Assembly (NCBI GenBank): GCA_024403955.1
Contig: JAKSQX010000003.1
Span: forward strand, 1,818 to 65,817
Source: Clostridia bacterium
Lineage (GTDB): Bacteria; Bacillota; Clostridia; Oscillospirales; Acutalibacteraceae
Reading direction: 5' to 3'
DNA: 64,000 bases
Positions 1-10,669 of the stretch are shown piece by piece. Each line of letters opens with the position of its first letter. Position 1 is the first letter of the stretch. A program made the position numbers and the translations under genes. The notes under the pieces are model-generated. The model saw only the letters and a list, made by a program, of their open reading frames with translations, searched no databases and was not told the origin of the DNA.

Positions 1-2
1 TC

Positions 3-941
3 TCAACTCGTGTTATTCAGGCTGAGGATAGCCTCCCTGTAAATATCACAGTTAATGCCGACAGAGATAACAAATTTGAAAATACTGAGGACTTGATTTC
101 AATTCTCAAAGCTAAGGGTATCGATGACATCAACCTTCGATATGACAACATTATTAAGAACTACAAAGTTCAGTCTAAGATGGGTAAGAGCGAGGAACTT
201 GAATCTCTTCGTGCATACCTCTCATCACAGGGCTTTGGTTTCTACCCAACAGTAAACTTCTTTGATGGCAATGTCCCAACTCCAACTAAGCTCACCTCTA
301 AGGTTGTAAGCTTTATGAAGGATGCTAAGAAACTTGGATTTGAAGGATATTGTATCGGTGATGCTGGTAGTACTCTCTCATCAACATCATCTGCAGGTCG
401 TCAGGATTTTGCACAGGGTGTATTCTCACAGTCAATCGCTCTCTCAACAAACAAGAGCCTTATGGTTGACCACGGAAACCTCTACACATTGAAGAATGCA
501 AATATCATCTCTGGTCTTCCAATCTACACATCATATGAGGAATGTGACTACTACGAGGCAGTTCCTTTCGTTCAGATGATTCTCCGCGGTGTTGTTGAGT
601 ACACAGGTACATATCTTAACGATGCGGCTGATTATGACCAGGCACTCCTTCGTTGTCTTGAGTACGGCGCAATGCCATCATATGTACTCTCATTCAATGA
701 GGATGACGAGAAGACATTCTATGAGAACTGGAGTGCAAGAGCGCTCGCAGCATACAACCTCTTTGACGGTGCACTTTCAGACCTCCGCGCTGCAAAGATG
801 ACTGACCATAAGAAGATTCAAAATGGTCTCTATCTCTCCGTTTATAACAACGAGACATATATCTACATTAACTACACGGGTGATACACAGTACTACAACG
901 GTCTCACAATTGGACCACTCACATACCTCCGTGTAAACTAA
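3..941 (+). CDS. hypothetical protein, C-terminal portion (gene starts upstream of the window)
   Basis: Frame 3 is open from nt 3 to TAA 939-941. The TTG at 93 in the ORF track is only the first start-like codon. No family motif recognised by eye. Confidence 0.6.
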   Translation, partial: STRVIQAEDSLPVNITVNADRDNKFENTEDLISILKAKGIDDINLRYDNIIKNYKVQSKMGKSEELESLRAYLSSQGFGFYPTVNFFDGNVPTPTKLTSKVVSFMKDAKKLGFEGYCIGDAGSTLSSTSSAGRQDFAQGVFSQSIALSTNKSLMVDHGNLYTLKNANIISGLPIYTSYEECDYYEAVPFVQMILRGVVEYTGTYLNDAADYDQALLRCLEYGAMPSYVLSFNEDDEKTFYENWSARALAAYNLFDGALSDLRAAKMTDHKKIQNGLYLSVYNNETYIYINYTGDTQYYNGLTIGPLTYLRVN

Positions 942-950
942 GGTGTTATT

Positions 951-1208
951 ATGAGTAGGATTTATTTGCCACGCTTCGACTATATGTGCCAGAAGAACAC
1001 ATATACAGGAAGTGTTGGAACATTTAGATATAGACTTAGTCCAGTTAAGATGGACGACATTGAAACCGTATTTTTAGCTTCTGCCTACCACAACAACTGT
1101 TATGAGGTTGAGAAAGAGGCTGGACGTATGGCTGAAAAAGAATTTGAGTATAGTCAAGAGGGAATTGACCAGGCTGAGGCCTGGTTTGCCTCTCAGTTAG
1201 GTGATTAA
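951..1208 (+). CDS. small hypothetical protein (85 aa)
   Basis: ATG 951 lies 5 nt after AAGGTG and 9 nt after the upstream stop. It ends inside the lepA RBS region. No recognisable motif. Confidence 0.5.
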   Translation: MSRIYLPRFDYMCQKNTYTGSVGTFRYRLSPVKMDDIETVFLASAYHNNCYEVEKEAGRMAEKEFEYSQEGIDQAEAWFASQLGD

Positions 1209-1209
1209 T

Positions 1210-3018
1210 TTGTCCGATTATAAGAAGAACATAAGGAACTTCTCGATTATTGCGCACATCGACCACGGTAAGTCAACCTTGGCTGACCGCTTGCTTGAAC
1301 TCACAGGTATGGTTGCAAAGCGCGATATGACCGAGCAAATACTTGACGACATGGATTTGGAGCGTGAGCGTGGTATCACTATCAAGGCTCACGCTGTAAA
1401 GCTTGATTACAAGGCTTCTGACGGTCAGGTTTATGAATTGAACTTGATCGACACTCCGGGCCATGTCGACTTTAACTATGAAGTATCGCGCTCACTCGCT
1501 GCATGTGAGGGTGCGGTACTTATTGTTGACTCTACACAGGGTATCGAGGCACAGACTTTGGCCAATACATATCTCGCTTTGGACCACGACCTCGAAATCT
1601 GCCCTGTAATAAATAAGATAGATTTACCTGCTGCCCACCCAGATGAGGTGTGCAAGGAGGTCGAAGAGGTGATAGGCCTCGACTGTAGTGAGGCTCCACG
1701 TGTATCTGCTAAAACAGGCGAGAATGTTGAACAGGTACTAGAACAGATTGTTAAGGTGGTTCCGCCTCCAGAGGGAGACTCAACGGCACCTCTTCGCGCT
1801 TTGATATTTGATAGTATCTATGACAGCTATAAGGGCGTTATCGTATATGTAAGAATCGTTGACGGTACAATCAAAGCTGGCGACACAATGCGCCTTATGT
1901 CAACTGGTGCCGAGTTCACAGTTGTTGAAGTCGGATATATGCGTGCGCAGACAATGGAGCCTGCATCTTCTTTGCGTGCAGGTGAGGTAGGTTATATTAC
2001 TGCATCAATCAAAACTGTTGGTGATGCTCGTGTCGGTGATACTGTGACACTCGCAAGTAATCCTGCACCTGCGCCTTTGCCAGGATACCGCAAGGTAAAC
2101 CCAATGGTATTCTGCGGTATCTACCCAGCTGACGGCGCAGACTACGAAGCTCTTAAAGAAGCATTGGCAAAACTTCAGCTCAACGATGCTGCTTTGTCAT
2201 TCGAACCTGAGACATCGGGTGCTTTGGGCTTCGGCTTTAGATGCGGTTTCCTAGGTCTTCTCCATCTCGAGATTATCCAGGAGAGACTTGAGCGTGAATA
2301 TGACTTAGACCTTGTAACAACTATCCCATCTGTTATCTATAAAATTCACTTAACTGATGGCTCAGTTGTTGAGATTGATAACCCATCAAATTACCCAGAC
2401 CCTGCAACAATTCAGTTCTCTGAGGAACCTATTGTCAATGCACATATCTTCTCACCACCTGAGTATGTTGGCCAGATTATGGATCTCTGCCAGGAGAGAC
2501 GTGGCACATTTAAGGATATGCAGTACATCACTCCTGACCGTGTGGATATTCACTATGAACTTCCACTCAACGAGATTATCTATGACTTCTTTGATGTCTT
2601 GAAGTCACGTACACGCGGATATGCATCTTTAGACTACGAGATTATGGGTTACCAGCAGTCTGACCTCGTCAAACTCGATGTACTCTTAAACGGTGACCAG
2701 ATTGATGCCCTCTCATTTATCATTCACTCAGAGAAGGCATATGCAAAGGCTCGTAAAATCGCTGAGAAGCTCAAGGATAACATCCCACGTCAGCTCTTTG
2801 AAATTCCTATTCAGATGGCTATCGGTGGTAAAGTAATCGCCAGAGAGACTGTTAAGGCTATGCGTAAAGACGTACTTGCCAAATGCTACGGCGGTGATAT
2901 TACACGTAAGAAGAAACTTCTTGAAAAACAGAAGGAAGGTAAGAAGAGAATGCGCCAGTTCGGTACTGTCGAGGTACCTCAGGAGGCATTCATGGCTGTA
3001 CTTAAGTTGGATGAGTAA
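1210..3018 (+). CDS. lepA: elongation factor 4 (LepA)
   Basis: GTPase motifs [35 protein letters not shown], plus the LepA-type C-terminal tail ([21 protein letters not shown]). TTG 1210 is preferred because AGGTGA lies 5 nt upstream; GTG 1201 is the alternative. Confidence 0.95.
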   Translation: MSDYKKNIRNFSIIAHIDHGKSTLADRLLELTGMVAKRDMTEQILDDMDLERERGITIKAHAVKLDYKASDGQVYELNLIDTPGHVDFNYEVSRSLAACEGAVLIVDSTQGIEAQTLANTYLALDHDLEICPVINKIDLPAAHPDEVCKEVEEVIGLDCSEAPRVSAKTGENVEQVLEQIVKVVPPPEGDSTAPLRALIFDSIYDSYKGVIVYVRIVDGTIKAGDTMRLMSTGAEFTVVEVGYMRAQTMEPASSLRAGEVGYITASIKTVGDARVGDTVTLASNPAPAPLPGYRKVNPMVFCGIYPADGADYEALKEALAKLQLNDAALSFEPETSGALGFGFRCGFLGLLHLEIIQERLEREYDLDLVTTIPSVIYKIHLTDGSVVEIDNPSNYPDPATIQFSEEPIVNAHIFSPPEYVGQIMDLCQERRGTFKDMQYITPDRVDIHYELPLNEIIYDFFDVLKSRTRGYASLDYEIMGYQQSDLVKLDVLLNGDQIDALSFIIHSEKAYAKARKIAEKLKDNIPRQLFEIPIQMAIGGKVIARETVKAMRKDVLAKCYGGDITRKKKLLEKQKEGKKRMRQFGTVEVPQEAFMAVLKLDE

Positions 3019-3019
3019 T

Positions 3020-4099
3020 ATGGAACCTTCAGGACTTTACATCCACATACCTTTCTGTAAGTCCATCTGTCCTTACTGTGATTTTTATAAGGTTAAGGCT
3101 TCAGATGAATTAATGGAGAAATACGAAGAGGCAGTAGTGTCGGCTACTGCCTCTCTTGGTATTTTGTATTCGTCCTCTGTGTTTGACACTATCTACTTTG
3201 GTGGTGGTACACCTTCGTGTATGCCGGGGTCATCTATTGCAAGTATTATTGAAGCTCTACGTTCCTCGTTTAATATCTCTTCAGATTGTGAGATTACGGT
3301 TGAGTGTAATCCATCTTCTCCGCTAAAATCGTTTATTCCATCTGTTGCTGCAGCTGGAGTTAACCGAATATCAATGGGTATGCAGTCAGCGATTGACAGT
3401 GAGCGAAGATCCCTTGGCCGTATGGCTGACTGCGTTAGGGTTAATCAGGCACTTTCGATTTGTAGGTCGGCTGGTATTTCAAACATCTCGCTTGATTTGA
3501 TGCTCGGTGTACCTGGACAGACTATGTCATCATTAAAGACATCTCTGTCTTATGCTATAAATTCGGGTGTCCCTCATGTGTCGGCATATATGCTGAAACT
3601 TGAGGAGGGGACTGTGTTCTATAAACGTAAAGACAGTTTGGATTTGCCTTCTGAAGATACTGTCTGTGATATGTATGATATGACTTGCTCATATCTTGAA
3701 GGTGCAGGTCTTACACAGTATGAAATATCAAATTTCGGTTTGCCTTCGCGCCACAACTTGAAGTATTGGAAAGATGTCCCATACCTTGGAATAGGCCCTG
3801 GTGCTCACTCCTGTATGGATGGTAAGAGGTTCTACTATCCTTCAGATGTAGTTGGGTTTATTAAAGGAGATCTACAGTGTGTTCCAGATGGAACGAGTGG
3901 CTCACTCGAGGAGCGGGTAATGCTTGGACTACGTCTAACTTCGGGCATTGATTTTTTGGATGATATAGCCTTATCAAAGATTTCTGCTGATCCTACTTTG
4001 GCACCGTATGTAAAGATTTCTTCTGGTAATTTGTCTTTGACACATGAGGGATTTTTAGTCTCGAATGTTGTAATAGGGAAGATAATAGAAAAGCTCTAA
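3020..4099 (+). CDS. hemW: radical SAM heme chaperone HemW (HemN-like, oxygen-independent coproporphyrinogen oxidase family)
   Basis: Radical-SAM CxxxCxxC motif (CKSICPYCDF) near the N-terminus and a HemN-like C-terminal domain, in the classical position after lepA. ATG 3020 is 1 nt after the lepA stop. Confidence 0.9.
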   Translation: MEPSGLYIHIPFCKSICPYCDFYKVKASDELMEKYEEAVVSATASLGILYSSSVFDTIYFGGGTPSCMPGSSIASIIEALRSSFNISSDCEITVECNPSSPLKSFIPSVAAAGVNRISMGMQSAIDSERRSLGRMADCVRVNQALSICRSAGISNISLDLMLGVPGQTMSSLKTSLSYAINSGVPHVSAYMLKLEEGTVFYKRKDSLDLPSEDTVCDMYDMTCSYLEGAGLTQYEISNFGLPSRHNLKYWKDVPYLGIGPGAHSCMDGKRFYYPSDVVGFIKGDLQCVPDGTSGSLEERVMLGLRLTSGIDFLDDIALSKISADPTLAPYVKISSGNLSLTHEGFLVSNVVIGKIIEKL

Positions 4100-4121
4100 G
4101 GGAGTTACCCTTAGAGCTTTT
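4091..4121. terminator. bidirectional intrinsic terminator between convergent hemW and the membrane-protein gene
   Basis: 12-bp perfect stem AAGCTCTAAGGG / CCCTTAGAGCTT with loop AGTTA. T-runs are present on both strands. Confidence 0.8.
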
Positions 4122-4138
4122 ATTCTTATTATTAATTA

Positions 4139-4834
4139 CTAATTATCTTCCTTGCTCTCTTCTTCTTCTTCTTCTTTTGCATTGTTTAGAGCAGGGATGG
4201 CATTTAGGGCAGCTTCACGGCTAGCCTCATACTCTGCCTGCATTATCTCTTCGTTTCTTTGGTCGATATGTTTTATGAAAGCTGTCTCTCTCAAATCGAA
4301 AACTGTACCACCGAGTGTTTCATTAGCACGTTCTTTCATTGCGTCCTGAGCTCTTTCGGTAATCTGTGAGGTGTGAAGCTCAAACTTACCGTTTATGAGG
4401 TCCACCGTGTCATCAATCATAAATACTGATGAGAGGAAGATTGAGATGATTGGGATGGCGAATGTAGCCTGGAATGTGAAGTATACATTTCGAAGGTCGA
4501 GAAGATAAAGGCCAACTGCTGTCGCATTACAGATGAGCATGTTTGCGCACATCATAACGAAAGTTAAAAAGGTAGGCCATTTTCTATCTGCGAAGATATA
4601 TGATGTGAATAAACACATCAAGAATTCAATTGCTCCTGCACAGATGCAGAAATAGATATAGTACGTGTTAAAGAAAATTGCAAAACTCTCATGTCCAGTG
4701 AGGTTGATTGTATCAACAAACACAGGCATGTTGCCAATTGTCGTTAAGAAGAACGACGCCTGGCAGAGCAAAAACACCGTAGTATAAAGGATTGCAAACC
4801 ATTTTTTTGGAAGTGGTTTTATAGTCTTACTCAT
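4139..4834 (-). CDS. hypothetical integral membrane protein with acidic C-terminal tail
   Basis: Several hydrophobic segments in the first ~150 aa, then a charged tail ending in EEEEEESKEDN. Lies 34 nt downstream of the LCP gene on the same strand. Confidence 0.6.
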   Translation of the reverse strand: MSKTIKPLPKKWFAILYTTVFLLCQASFFLTTIGNMPVFVDTINLTGHESFAIFFNTYYIYFCICAGAIEFLMCLFTSYIFADRKWPTFLTFVMMCANMLICNATAVGLYLLDLRNVYFTFQATFAIPIISIFLSSVFMIDDTVDLINGKFELHTSQITERAQDAMKERANETLGGTVFDLRETAFIKHIDQRNEEIMQAEYEASREAALNAIPALNNAKEEEEEESKEDN

Positions 4835-4868
4835 TTTTCACACCCCATTTAAGGTAAGTGTACCAAAA

Positions 4869-6095
4869 TTATTCTGACTCGGCAAGAGGATTTATATCGT
4901 TGTAGATATAGTCGTTAAGCATATCTGATGTTTTCTCCATGTCAAATACAAGACATGCGCCACACGCCTTGCTCGCATTTTGCCATGTGCCGTCAATTGG
5001 AACACCTAAGGATTCGATGTCATATCGTAGATACTTAAAGATGGCACCGAAACCGAGTTTTAACATCTTTGTGCTTGTGATATCTGTCTCAACATTAGGA
5101 AGAACGCCATTTGAGAGCTTGATGAGTTCAATAGGGTTTGTGTGCATAAGCTCATGCTTAATACCCGAGATTGTCTCACGCTGACGTCTTGTACGTTCAA
5201 AGTCTGAGTCGAGTTTACGGATACGGCAGAACATCAGAGCTTCCTCACCGTTTAAGTGTACGCTGTCACCGGATTCAAAGGTGAGTGGTGTACCTGTGAG
5301 GGTCCATTCTGCCCAGGTGGTGCTTAAGTAGTTGGCCTCTGTCTCAGTGATTGGGACATTTACGCCACCGAGTGCGTCAATCATTTTCTCGAATGCGATA
5401 AAGTCAACCTGCATATAGTTGTCTATCTTAATCTTGAAGTTGTACTCAAGTGTATCCCAGAGAAGATCAATACCGCCCCATGACATTGACGCGTTGAGCT
5501 TGTTCCAGCCGTGGCCAGGAATCTCAACATAGCTGTCACGGAGGAATGATGTGATCTTCATCTTGTTGGAGTTTCTGTCGATTGAGACAATCATCATAGT
5601 GTCGGAGCGGGAGACAGTCTCACCCTCACGAGCATCTACGCCAACAAGGAGAATGTTTGTGACATTCTTATCCGAGTGGAGCTGGTCCTCGCTGATGTAA
5701 GGATTCTCATGATGAGTCTCCTCGGCATGTGAGAGTTTGTTGTAGACTGAAAGGACAGCGATACCAATCAAAACAACAAATACAAGAAGAATAATTCCTA
5801 CTATCTTAAGAATCCTGCGTTTAAGGCTCTCCTTCTTTTTTTTCTTTGGAGCCTTAGTATCAAAGTCCTCGTATTCATCTGGTATTCTCTGATGCTTTGG
5901 CGCAGTCTTCTGCTGGATTGTTTGATCGACATATGCCTTCTGTTCTTTTCTTGTTAGAGGGATGCCCTCGTCCTCATAGTCGTAGTCATCCTCATATGTG
6001 TAACGACCAGTATCAAAGTCCTCAAACTCGTCATCTATAAAGTCATCGCTTCTACTGCTGATGTCTTCAAACTGGTCTTCTTTGTAATCTGCCAT
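4869..6095 (-). CDS. LytR-CpsA-Psr (LCP) family cell-envelope phosphotransferase
   Basis: Acidic cytoplasmic N-terminus and a single TM (ILKIVGIILLVFVVLIGIAVL). The LCP core is NILLVGVDAREG..RSDTMMIVSID...ITSFLRDSYVEIPGHGWNKLNAS...GGI. Confidence 0.85.
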   Translation of the reverse strand: MADYKEDQFEDISSRSDDFIDDEFEDFDTGRYTYEDDYDYEDEGIPLTRKEQKAYVDQTIQQKTAPKHQRIPDEYEDFDTKAPKKKKKESLKRRILKIVGIILLVFVVLIGIAVLSVYNKLSHAEETHHENPYISEDQLHSDKNVTNILLVGVDAREGETVSRSDTMMIVSIDRNSNKMKITSFLRDSYVEIPGHGWNKLNASMSWGGIDLLWDTLEYNFKIKIDNYMQVDFIAFEKMIDALGGVNVPITETEANYLSTTWAEWTLTGTPLTFESGDSVHLNGEEALMFCRIRKLDSDFERTRRQRETISGIKHELMHTNPIELIKLSNGVLPNVETDITSTKMLKLGFGAIFKYLRYDIESLGVPIDGTWQNASKACGACLVFDMEKTSDMLNDYIYNDINPLAESE

Positions 6096-6188
6096 TTTGT
6101 ACCTCCAAATTGGAATGGTATTATTTTATATCCAATTATAGTTTTTATCAAGTTTATAGAGATATTGTTAGAATAATGTAAGTTTTGT

Positions 6189-6216
6189 TTGACTTTATTT
6201 CTTTTTTTGTTAAAAT
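6189..6216 (+). promoter_or_regulatory. sigma-A-type promoter of rnpB
   Basis: TTGACT (6189-6194), 16-nt spacer, TAAAAT (6211-6216) preceded by TGT (extended -10). The predicted start at ~6223 coincides with the P1 helix of RNase P RNA. Confidence 0.6.
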
Positions 6217-6222
6217 GTCAGT

Positions 6223-6556
6223 TGTGATTGGATTGGGCAGTCGCTGGTGCTTAGCACGAGAGGAAAGTCCGAGCCCCACAGAGCAGGATGACGGCTAACG
6301 GCCGCCGAGGGTGACCTTAGGGAAAGTGCAACAGAGATATACCGCCTACGGGTAAGGGTGGAAAGGCGAGGTAAGAGCTCACCAGCACGGTGGAGACATC
6401 GTGGCTATGTAAACCCCATCTGGAGCAACACCGACTTGCATAGGCTTGCTCGGCCGCTTTAAAGCAGAAGGGTGGCTTGAACCGTATAGCAATGTACGGT
6501 CTAGATAGATGATTGCCTTAAAAGACAGAACTCGGCTTACAGATCCTATCACGCTA
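6223..6556 (+). ncRNA. rnpB: bacterial RNase P RNA (ribozyme subunit; class A-like)
   Basis: Universal GAGAGGAAAGTCCG element at 6258-6271 and the ACAGAACTCGGCTTACAG 3' element. The 5' GTGATTGGAT pairs with the 3' ATCCTATCAC (P1). Flanked by its own promoter and terminator. Confidence 0.93.
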
Positions 6557-6562
6557 TATATC

Positions 6563-6592
6563 AAAAAGGGGTGCTAAACGGCACCCTTTTTT
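6563..6592 (+). terminator. intrinsic terminator of rnpB
   Basis: GGGTGC / GCACCC stem with loop TAAACG, followed by TTTTTT. Confidence 0.75.
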
Positions 6593-6641
6593 GTTATAAT
6601 AGTCCTTGTTAATTTTTGTTTTGATAGGAGGTGAACTTCTT

Positions 6642-8846
6642 ATGCTTACTGAGGATATGGATCATGTTTATGGTACAGTCGAAGAGATAATCTATCGTAA
6701 AGAGGATTCGGGCTACACAATTATCGATGTTGCGTCAGAGGACGGCGAACTCATAACTGTTGTGGGCGTACTTCCAGATATTGCGGCGGGCGAGGAGGTT
6801 CACTTCGTAGGAAACTATGAGCAGCATCCGACTTTCGGCCGTCAGTTCAAGGCGGAAGTCGTTGAGAGGACGATGCCACAGACGGCAGCGTCGATGCTGA
6901 AGTATCTAGCTTCTGGCACAGTGAAGGGTATAGGCCCGTCGACCGCCGCAAAGATAATTGAGGCATTTGGCGAGGACGCATTTGATGTTATTGAAAATGA
7001 CCCCGCTCGCTTAGCTACTATCAAAGGCATCACAAGGGAAAAAGCTGAGTCAATTTCCTCAGAGTTTAGAAAGACAAACTCTATAAGGGAGGTAATGATT
7101 AGACTCGAGTCCTTGGGTCTCACCTCGAATGAGAGTATCAATGTATTTAAGGCATTTGGTCCAAATGCTGTGACGAGGGTGACAGAGAATCCTTACATTC
7201 TCTGCGCCGCTGATATAGGTATTGGATTTGAGAGAGCTGACGCTTTGGCTCTTAAAATCTCAACCTCATTTAACCCTATCTACAGGGTTAAGGCCGGTAT
7301 TCTTCATGTTGTAGCATATAACCTCTTTAGCAACGGACATACGTGTCTTCCAAGGGAGAAACTCTTGTCTCCTTGCGCAGACCTCTTAGATATTGATAAA
7401 GATAGTGTAGATATCACTATGGACACTTTGGTGTCTGAGAGGCAGTTGGTATCTTTTGAAATGAATGATAAGGAGTTTTTGTCCCTCCCATATATCTATG
7501 AGGCGGAGTACAAGGCTGCTCAGAGAATTAGAATGATGGTCAAGTTCCCACCTGCGGGAAGACAGACCTTAGATAAAGAGATCTCAAAACTTGAGAAGAA
7601 CCATGGTATCAAGTATGAGAAACTTCAGAGAGAGGCAATTGTCACTGCAGTTGAGAAGGGTGTACTCATCTTGACTGGTGGCCCTGGTACTGGTAAGACA
7701 ACAACTCTAAACGGTATCTTGGAACTCTTCGAGAATGATGGCTTAAACGTTGTACTATGTGCACCTACAGGACGTGCGGCACAGCGTATGTCTGAGATTA
7801 CAGGCAAAGAGGCGTCGACAATTCACAGACTCCTCGAGGCTGAGCGTACCTCAGATGATAGGATGACTTTCTGTAAGAATGAACAGGACCCAATCGACGC
7901 CGATGTCGTTATTGTAGATGAACTCTCAATGGTTGATGTTGTGCTGTTCTCAGCACTGCTCTCTGCACTGCCTTTGGGCTGTAGGCTTATTATGGTCGGT
8001 GACAATGACCAGTTGCCTGCTGTCGGAGCGGGCAGCGTGCTTCATGATTTACTTGAATCTGAACTTTTGCCTGTGGTTGAACTCTCAGAGGTCTTTAGAC
8101 AGGCCATGCAGAGCCTAATTGTCTCAAATGCCCACGCTATTGTGCATGGCGAGGAGCCTGAACTCACAAGAGTTGACAACGACTTCTTCCATATGGAGAG
8201 GCCTTCGGGCTCAGTCGCTGTCGGTACAATAATTGATCTTTACAAGAATAGGCTTCCAAAGGCCTATGGATATGACCCGGTAAGGGATATTGAAGTTCTC
8301 TGCCCGACGAAGAAGGGTGACTGCGGTTCCGCCAACTTAAACCGACTTCTTCAGGAGGCCGTAAACCCACCTGCAAAGGGTAAAGAAGAGATTAAGAGTA
8401 TGGCCAGAACCTTCCGTGAAGGGGACAAGGTTATGCAGATAAAAAATAACTACAATATCCAATGGGTCAAGGGGAAACAGAAAGGTGAAGGCATCTTCAA
8501 TGGTGATACCGGCACGCTCCTTGAGATTAATAGGCGTGCAGGTACTATGAAGATTGACTTCGATGGTAGAGAAGCCCTCTACCCATCAGAGACTTTCAAG
8601 GAACTGGAACTCGCATATGCCATGACTGTGCATAAGAGCCAGGGCAGTGAGTTTGAAGCCGTAATCATGCCGGTTGTGGACGTTCCTCCAAATCTCTGCT
8701 ACAGGAACCTCTTCTACACGGCGGTTACCCGTGCACGTAAGAAGATGATTACCGTAGGTACGAAGAATACCATACTAGCTATGGTTGAGAACGATAGAAA
8801 AATTAAAAGATATTCCGCCCTGAAATTCTTATTGAAGGTGGAATAA
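6642..8846 (+). CDS. recD2: ATP-dependent RecD2-type (RecD/TraA family) DNA helicase
   Basis: Walker A LTGGPGTGKTT, Walker B VIVDELSMVD, and the SF1 motif AMTVHKSQGSEF near the C-terminus. ATG 6642 lies behind AGGAGG; the ORF-track start 6606 is rejected. Confidence 0.9.
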   Translation: MLTEDMDHVYGTVEEIIYRKEDSGYTIIDVASEDGELITVVGVLPDIAAGEEVHFVGNYEQHPTFGRQFKAEVVERTMPQTAASMLKYLASGTVKGIGPSTAAKIIEAFGEDAFDVIENDPARLATIKGITREKAESISSEFRKTNSIREVMIRLESLGLTSNESINVFKAFGPNAVTRVTENPYILCAADIGIGFERADALALKISTSFNPIYRVKAGILHVVAYNLFSNGHTCLPREKLLSPCADLLDIDKDSVDITMDTLVSERQLVSFEMNDKEFLSLPYIYEAEYKAAQRIRMMVKFPPAGRQTLDKEISKLEKNHGIKYEKLQREAIVTAVEKGVLILTGGPGTGKTTTLNGILELFENDGLNVVLCAPTGRAAQRMSEITGKEASTIHRLLEAERTSDDRMTFCKNEQDPIDADVVIVDELSMVDVVLFSALLSALPLGCRLIMVGDNDQLPAVGAGSVLHDLLESELLPVVELSEVFRQAMQSLIVSNAHAIVHGEEPELTRVDNDFFHMERPSGSVAVGTIIDLYKNRLPKAYGYDPVRDIEVLCPTKKGDCGSANLNRLLQEAVNPPAKGKEEIKSMARTFREGDKVMQIKNNYNIQWVKGKQKGEGIFNGDTGTLLEINRRAGTMKIDFDGREALYPSETFKELELAYAMTVHKSQGSEFEAVIMPVVDVPPNLCYRNLFYTAVTRARKKMITVGTKNTILAMVENDRKIKRYSALKFLLKVE

Positions 8847-8847
8847 T

Positions 8848-9513
8848 ATGAAAATATTTAAGAGCGAGACAGAAAAGCTTTTGTCGATTATCTATCCTGA
8901 AAGGTGTATAGCCTGCGGCTGTTACCTTTCAGAATCTAATCGATCACCGGACTTTCTGCTCGCTCATTATTTTTGCTCATCATGCGCTTTGACTGTGAAT
9001 TGGTCAGAGGAGAGGTCGGACTGCGCAATCCCACTCTATTATGAGGGCGCTATAAGGGATGCTATGCTCCGCTTAAAATTCAAGTCTGATGTGTCTCCAG
9101 TTTCGTTTTTTGCGGAGGCTTTAGAGAGGGAGATAAGGTGCAGATTCTATAATGTAAAGTTTGATACCTTTACATGCGTGCCTTCGACCAAGGAAAGTGT
9201 GGCAGAAAGGGGCTATAATCAGAGCCAGCTGATAGCCTCAAAAGTACGTATTGATGCGGAATGTGACTGGAATCTTCTAAAGAAAGATAAGGCCACTTCA
9301 GTGCAACATTTACTCTCGGCTACAGAGCGAAAAAAGAACATTGAGAGCGCATATTCGCTCTCTTCTGGGAGAGATGTCTATGGCAAGAAGATCCTCCTTG
9401 TCGACGACATTTTGACCACCGGCTCCACTTGTGAGGCATGCGCCAGGGCACTACTTTTGTCTGGCGCATCGGACGTTTATGTCGCCTGTGTAGCAAAACG
9501 TAAATGGCTATGA
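8848..9513 (+). CDS. comFC: ComF-family protein (ComFC-like phosphoribosyltransferase fold)
   Basis: N-terminal Cys pairs (CIACGC ... CSSC) and the C-terminal PRTase motif ILLVDDILTTGST. Starts 1 nt after the recD2 stop. Confidence 0.85.
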   Translation: MKIFKSETEKLLSIIYPERCIACGCYLSESNRSPDFLLAHYFCSSCALTVNWSEERSDCAIPLYYEGAIRDAMLRLKFKSDVSPVSFFAEALEREIRCRFYNVKFDTFTCVPSTKESVAERGYNQSQLIASKVRIDAECDWNLLKKDKATSVQHLLSATERKKNIESAYSLSSGRDVYGKKILLVDDILTTGSTCEACARALLLSGASDVYVACVAKRKWL

Positions 9514-9581
9514 GAAAAAATAAATTAGGTATTTTATTAATCGTTTAAAAGGAGTATAATGTCTAACGCGTGAAATAAAGT

Positions 9582-9597
9582 ATAGACTACAGTCTAT
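9582..9597. promoter_or_regulatory. perfect palindrome ATAGACT-AC-AGTCTAT upstream of mreB (candidate protein-binding site)
   Basis: 7-bp arms with a 2-bp spacer are too tight for an RNA hairpin. Lies ~20 nt upstream of the mreB start region. Confidence 0.3.
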
Positions 9598-9615
9598 TAT
9601 TATATGAGGTGTTTG

Positions 9616-10668
9616 ATGCTAGGAATCAATATTGGAATTGACCTAGGTACCACACAGGTAGTTGCATGTGTCGAGGGAAAGGGTATTGTACTCTCAGAAC
9701 CTTCGATTGTAGCTTACCGAAAGAAGTCTGGTAAAATCATGGCTCTCGGCAAACCTGCACTTAGAATGCTGGGCAAAGAACCTGACTCAGTACTTGTTGT
9801 TCGTCCTATGAAGGACGGTGTGGTATCTGACTTTACCGTAACTGAGCACATGCTCCGCTATTTCATTAAGCAGATTTGCGGTAACAAAATCTTCAAACCG
9901 AATATTATCGTCAGCATGCCAGGTACTGTGACTAACCTTGAGAAGCGAACCATACTCGACGTTATAACAGCTAGCGGTGCAGGTCGTGCCTGCCTTATGG
10001 AGGAACCACTTGCCGCCGCTATCGGTGCCGGAATTGAAATCAACCATCCGAGCGGCGTTATGATTGTCGACCTCGGCGGTGGCACGACAGATATCGCTGT
10101 TATAACCATGGGCAACATGGCAGTCGCCTCAAGTGTCAAAGTCGCCGGCAACGCTCTAAGCGAGGATATCATCCGATACTGTCGCCGTGAACGAGACATA
10201 ATCATCGGCGAGCAGACCGCGGAGGAGATCAAGAAGAGTGTTGGCTGCGCCTTCCTCAGAAAAGAGGAGACTGCGACTTTCGCTAAGGGCAAGGATTACT
10301 TCACAGGAATGCCGATTGACTTTGAGATTACTTCCAACGAGGCATATCTCGCAATGCGTGAGCATATCAAGTATCTGCTCGAGTCAATCAGGGACGTATT
10401 TGAACGTACACCGCCAGAACTTGTCTCCGACATCATCGAGGAGGGAATAGTTTTAACAGGTGGTACGGCAAAACTCTACGGCCTTGATAAGGCAATAACA
10501 GAGCTGACTAAGATAAACACCCACGTTGCCGATGACCCTGAAAACTGTGTAATCAAAGGTATAGGTAAGGTGCTCGGTGACACATTCTTCCTTGAGGAGA
10601 ACGGTTACTTATTTAAGACACGTCAAGACATCACAGGTGGTCTTGAAGAAGAAAAGGAGGTCTTCTGA
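9616..10668 (+). CDS. mreB: rod shape-determining actin homologue MreB/Mbl
   Basis: Actin-fold phosphate motifs GIDLGTT and DLGGGTTD, with MreB-like length. ATG 9616 follows GAGGTG; ATG 9604 is the alternative. Confidence 0.9.
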   Translation: MLGINIGIDLGTTQVVACVEGKGIVLSEPSIVAYRKKSGKIMALGKPALRMLGKEPDSVLVVRPMKDGVVSDFTVTEHMLRYFIKQICGNKIFKPNIIVSMPGTVTNLEKRTILDVITASGAGRACLMEEPLAAAIGAGIEINHPSGVMIVDLGGGTTDIAVITMGNMAVASSVKVAGNALSEDIIRYCRRERDIIIGEQTAEEIKKSVGCAFLRKEETATFAKGKDYFTGMPIDFEITSNEAYLAMREHIKYLLESIRDVFERTPPELVSDIIEEGIVLTGGTAKLYGLDKAITELTKINTHVADDPENCVIKGIGKVLGDTFFLEENGYLFKTRQDITGGLEEEKEVF

Positions 10669-10669
10669 T

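Noticed and set aside
2876-3019. Upstream extension of the hemW ORF (ORF-track start 2876)
   Set aside because: It lies entirely inside lepA in another frame. The conserved HemW N-terminus begins at ATG 3020, right after the lepA stop.
6379-6564. 61-aa minus-strand ORF
   Set aside because: It lies wholly inside the RNase P RNA gene and is a spurious ORF.
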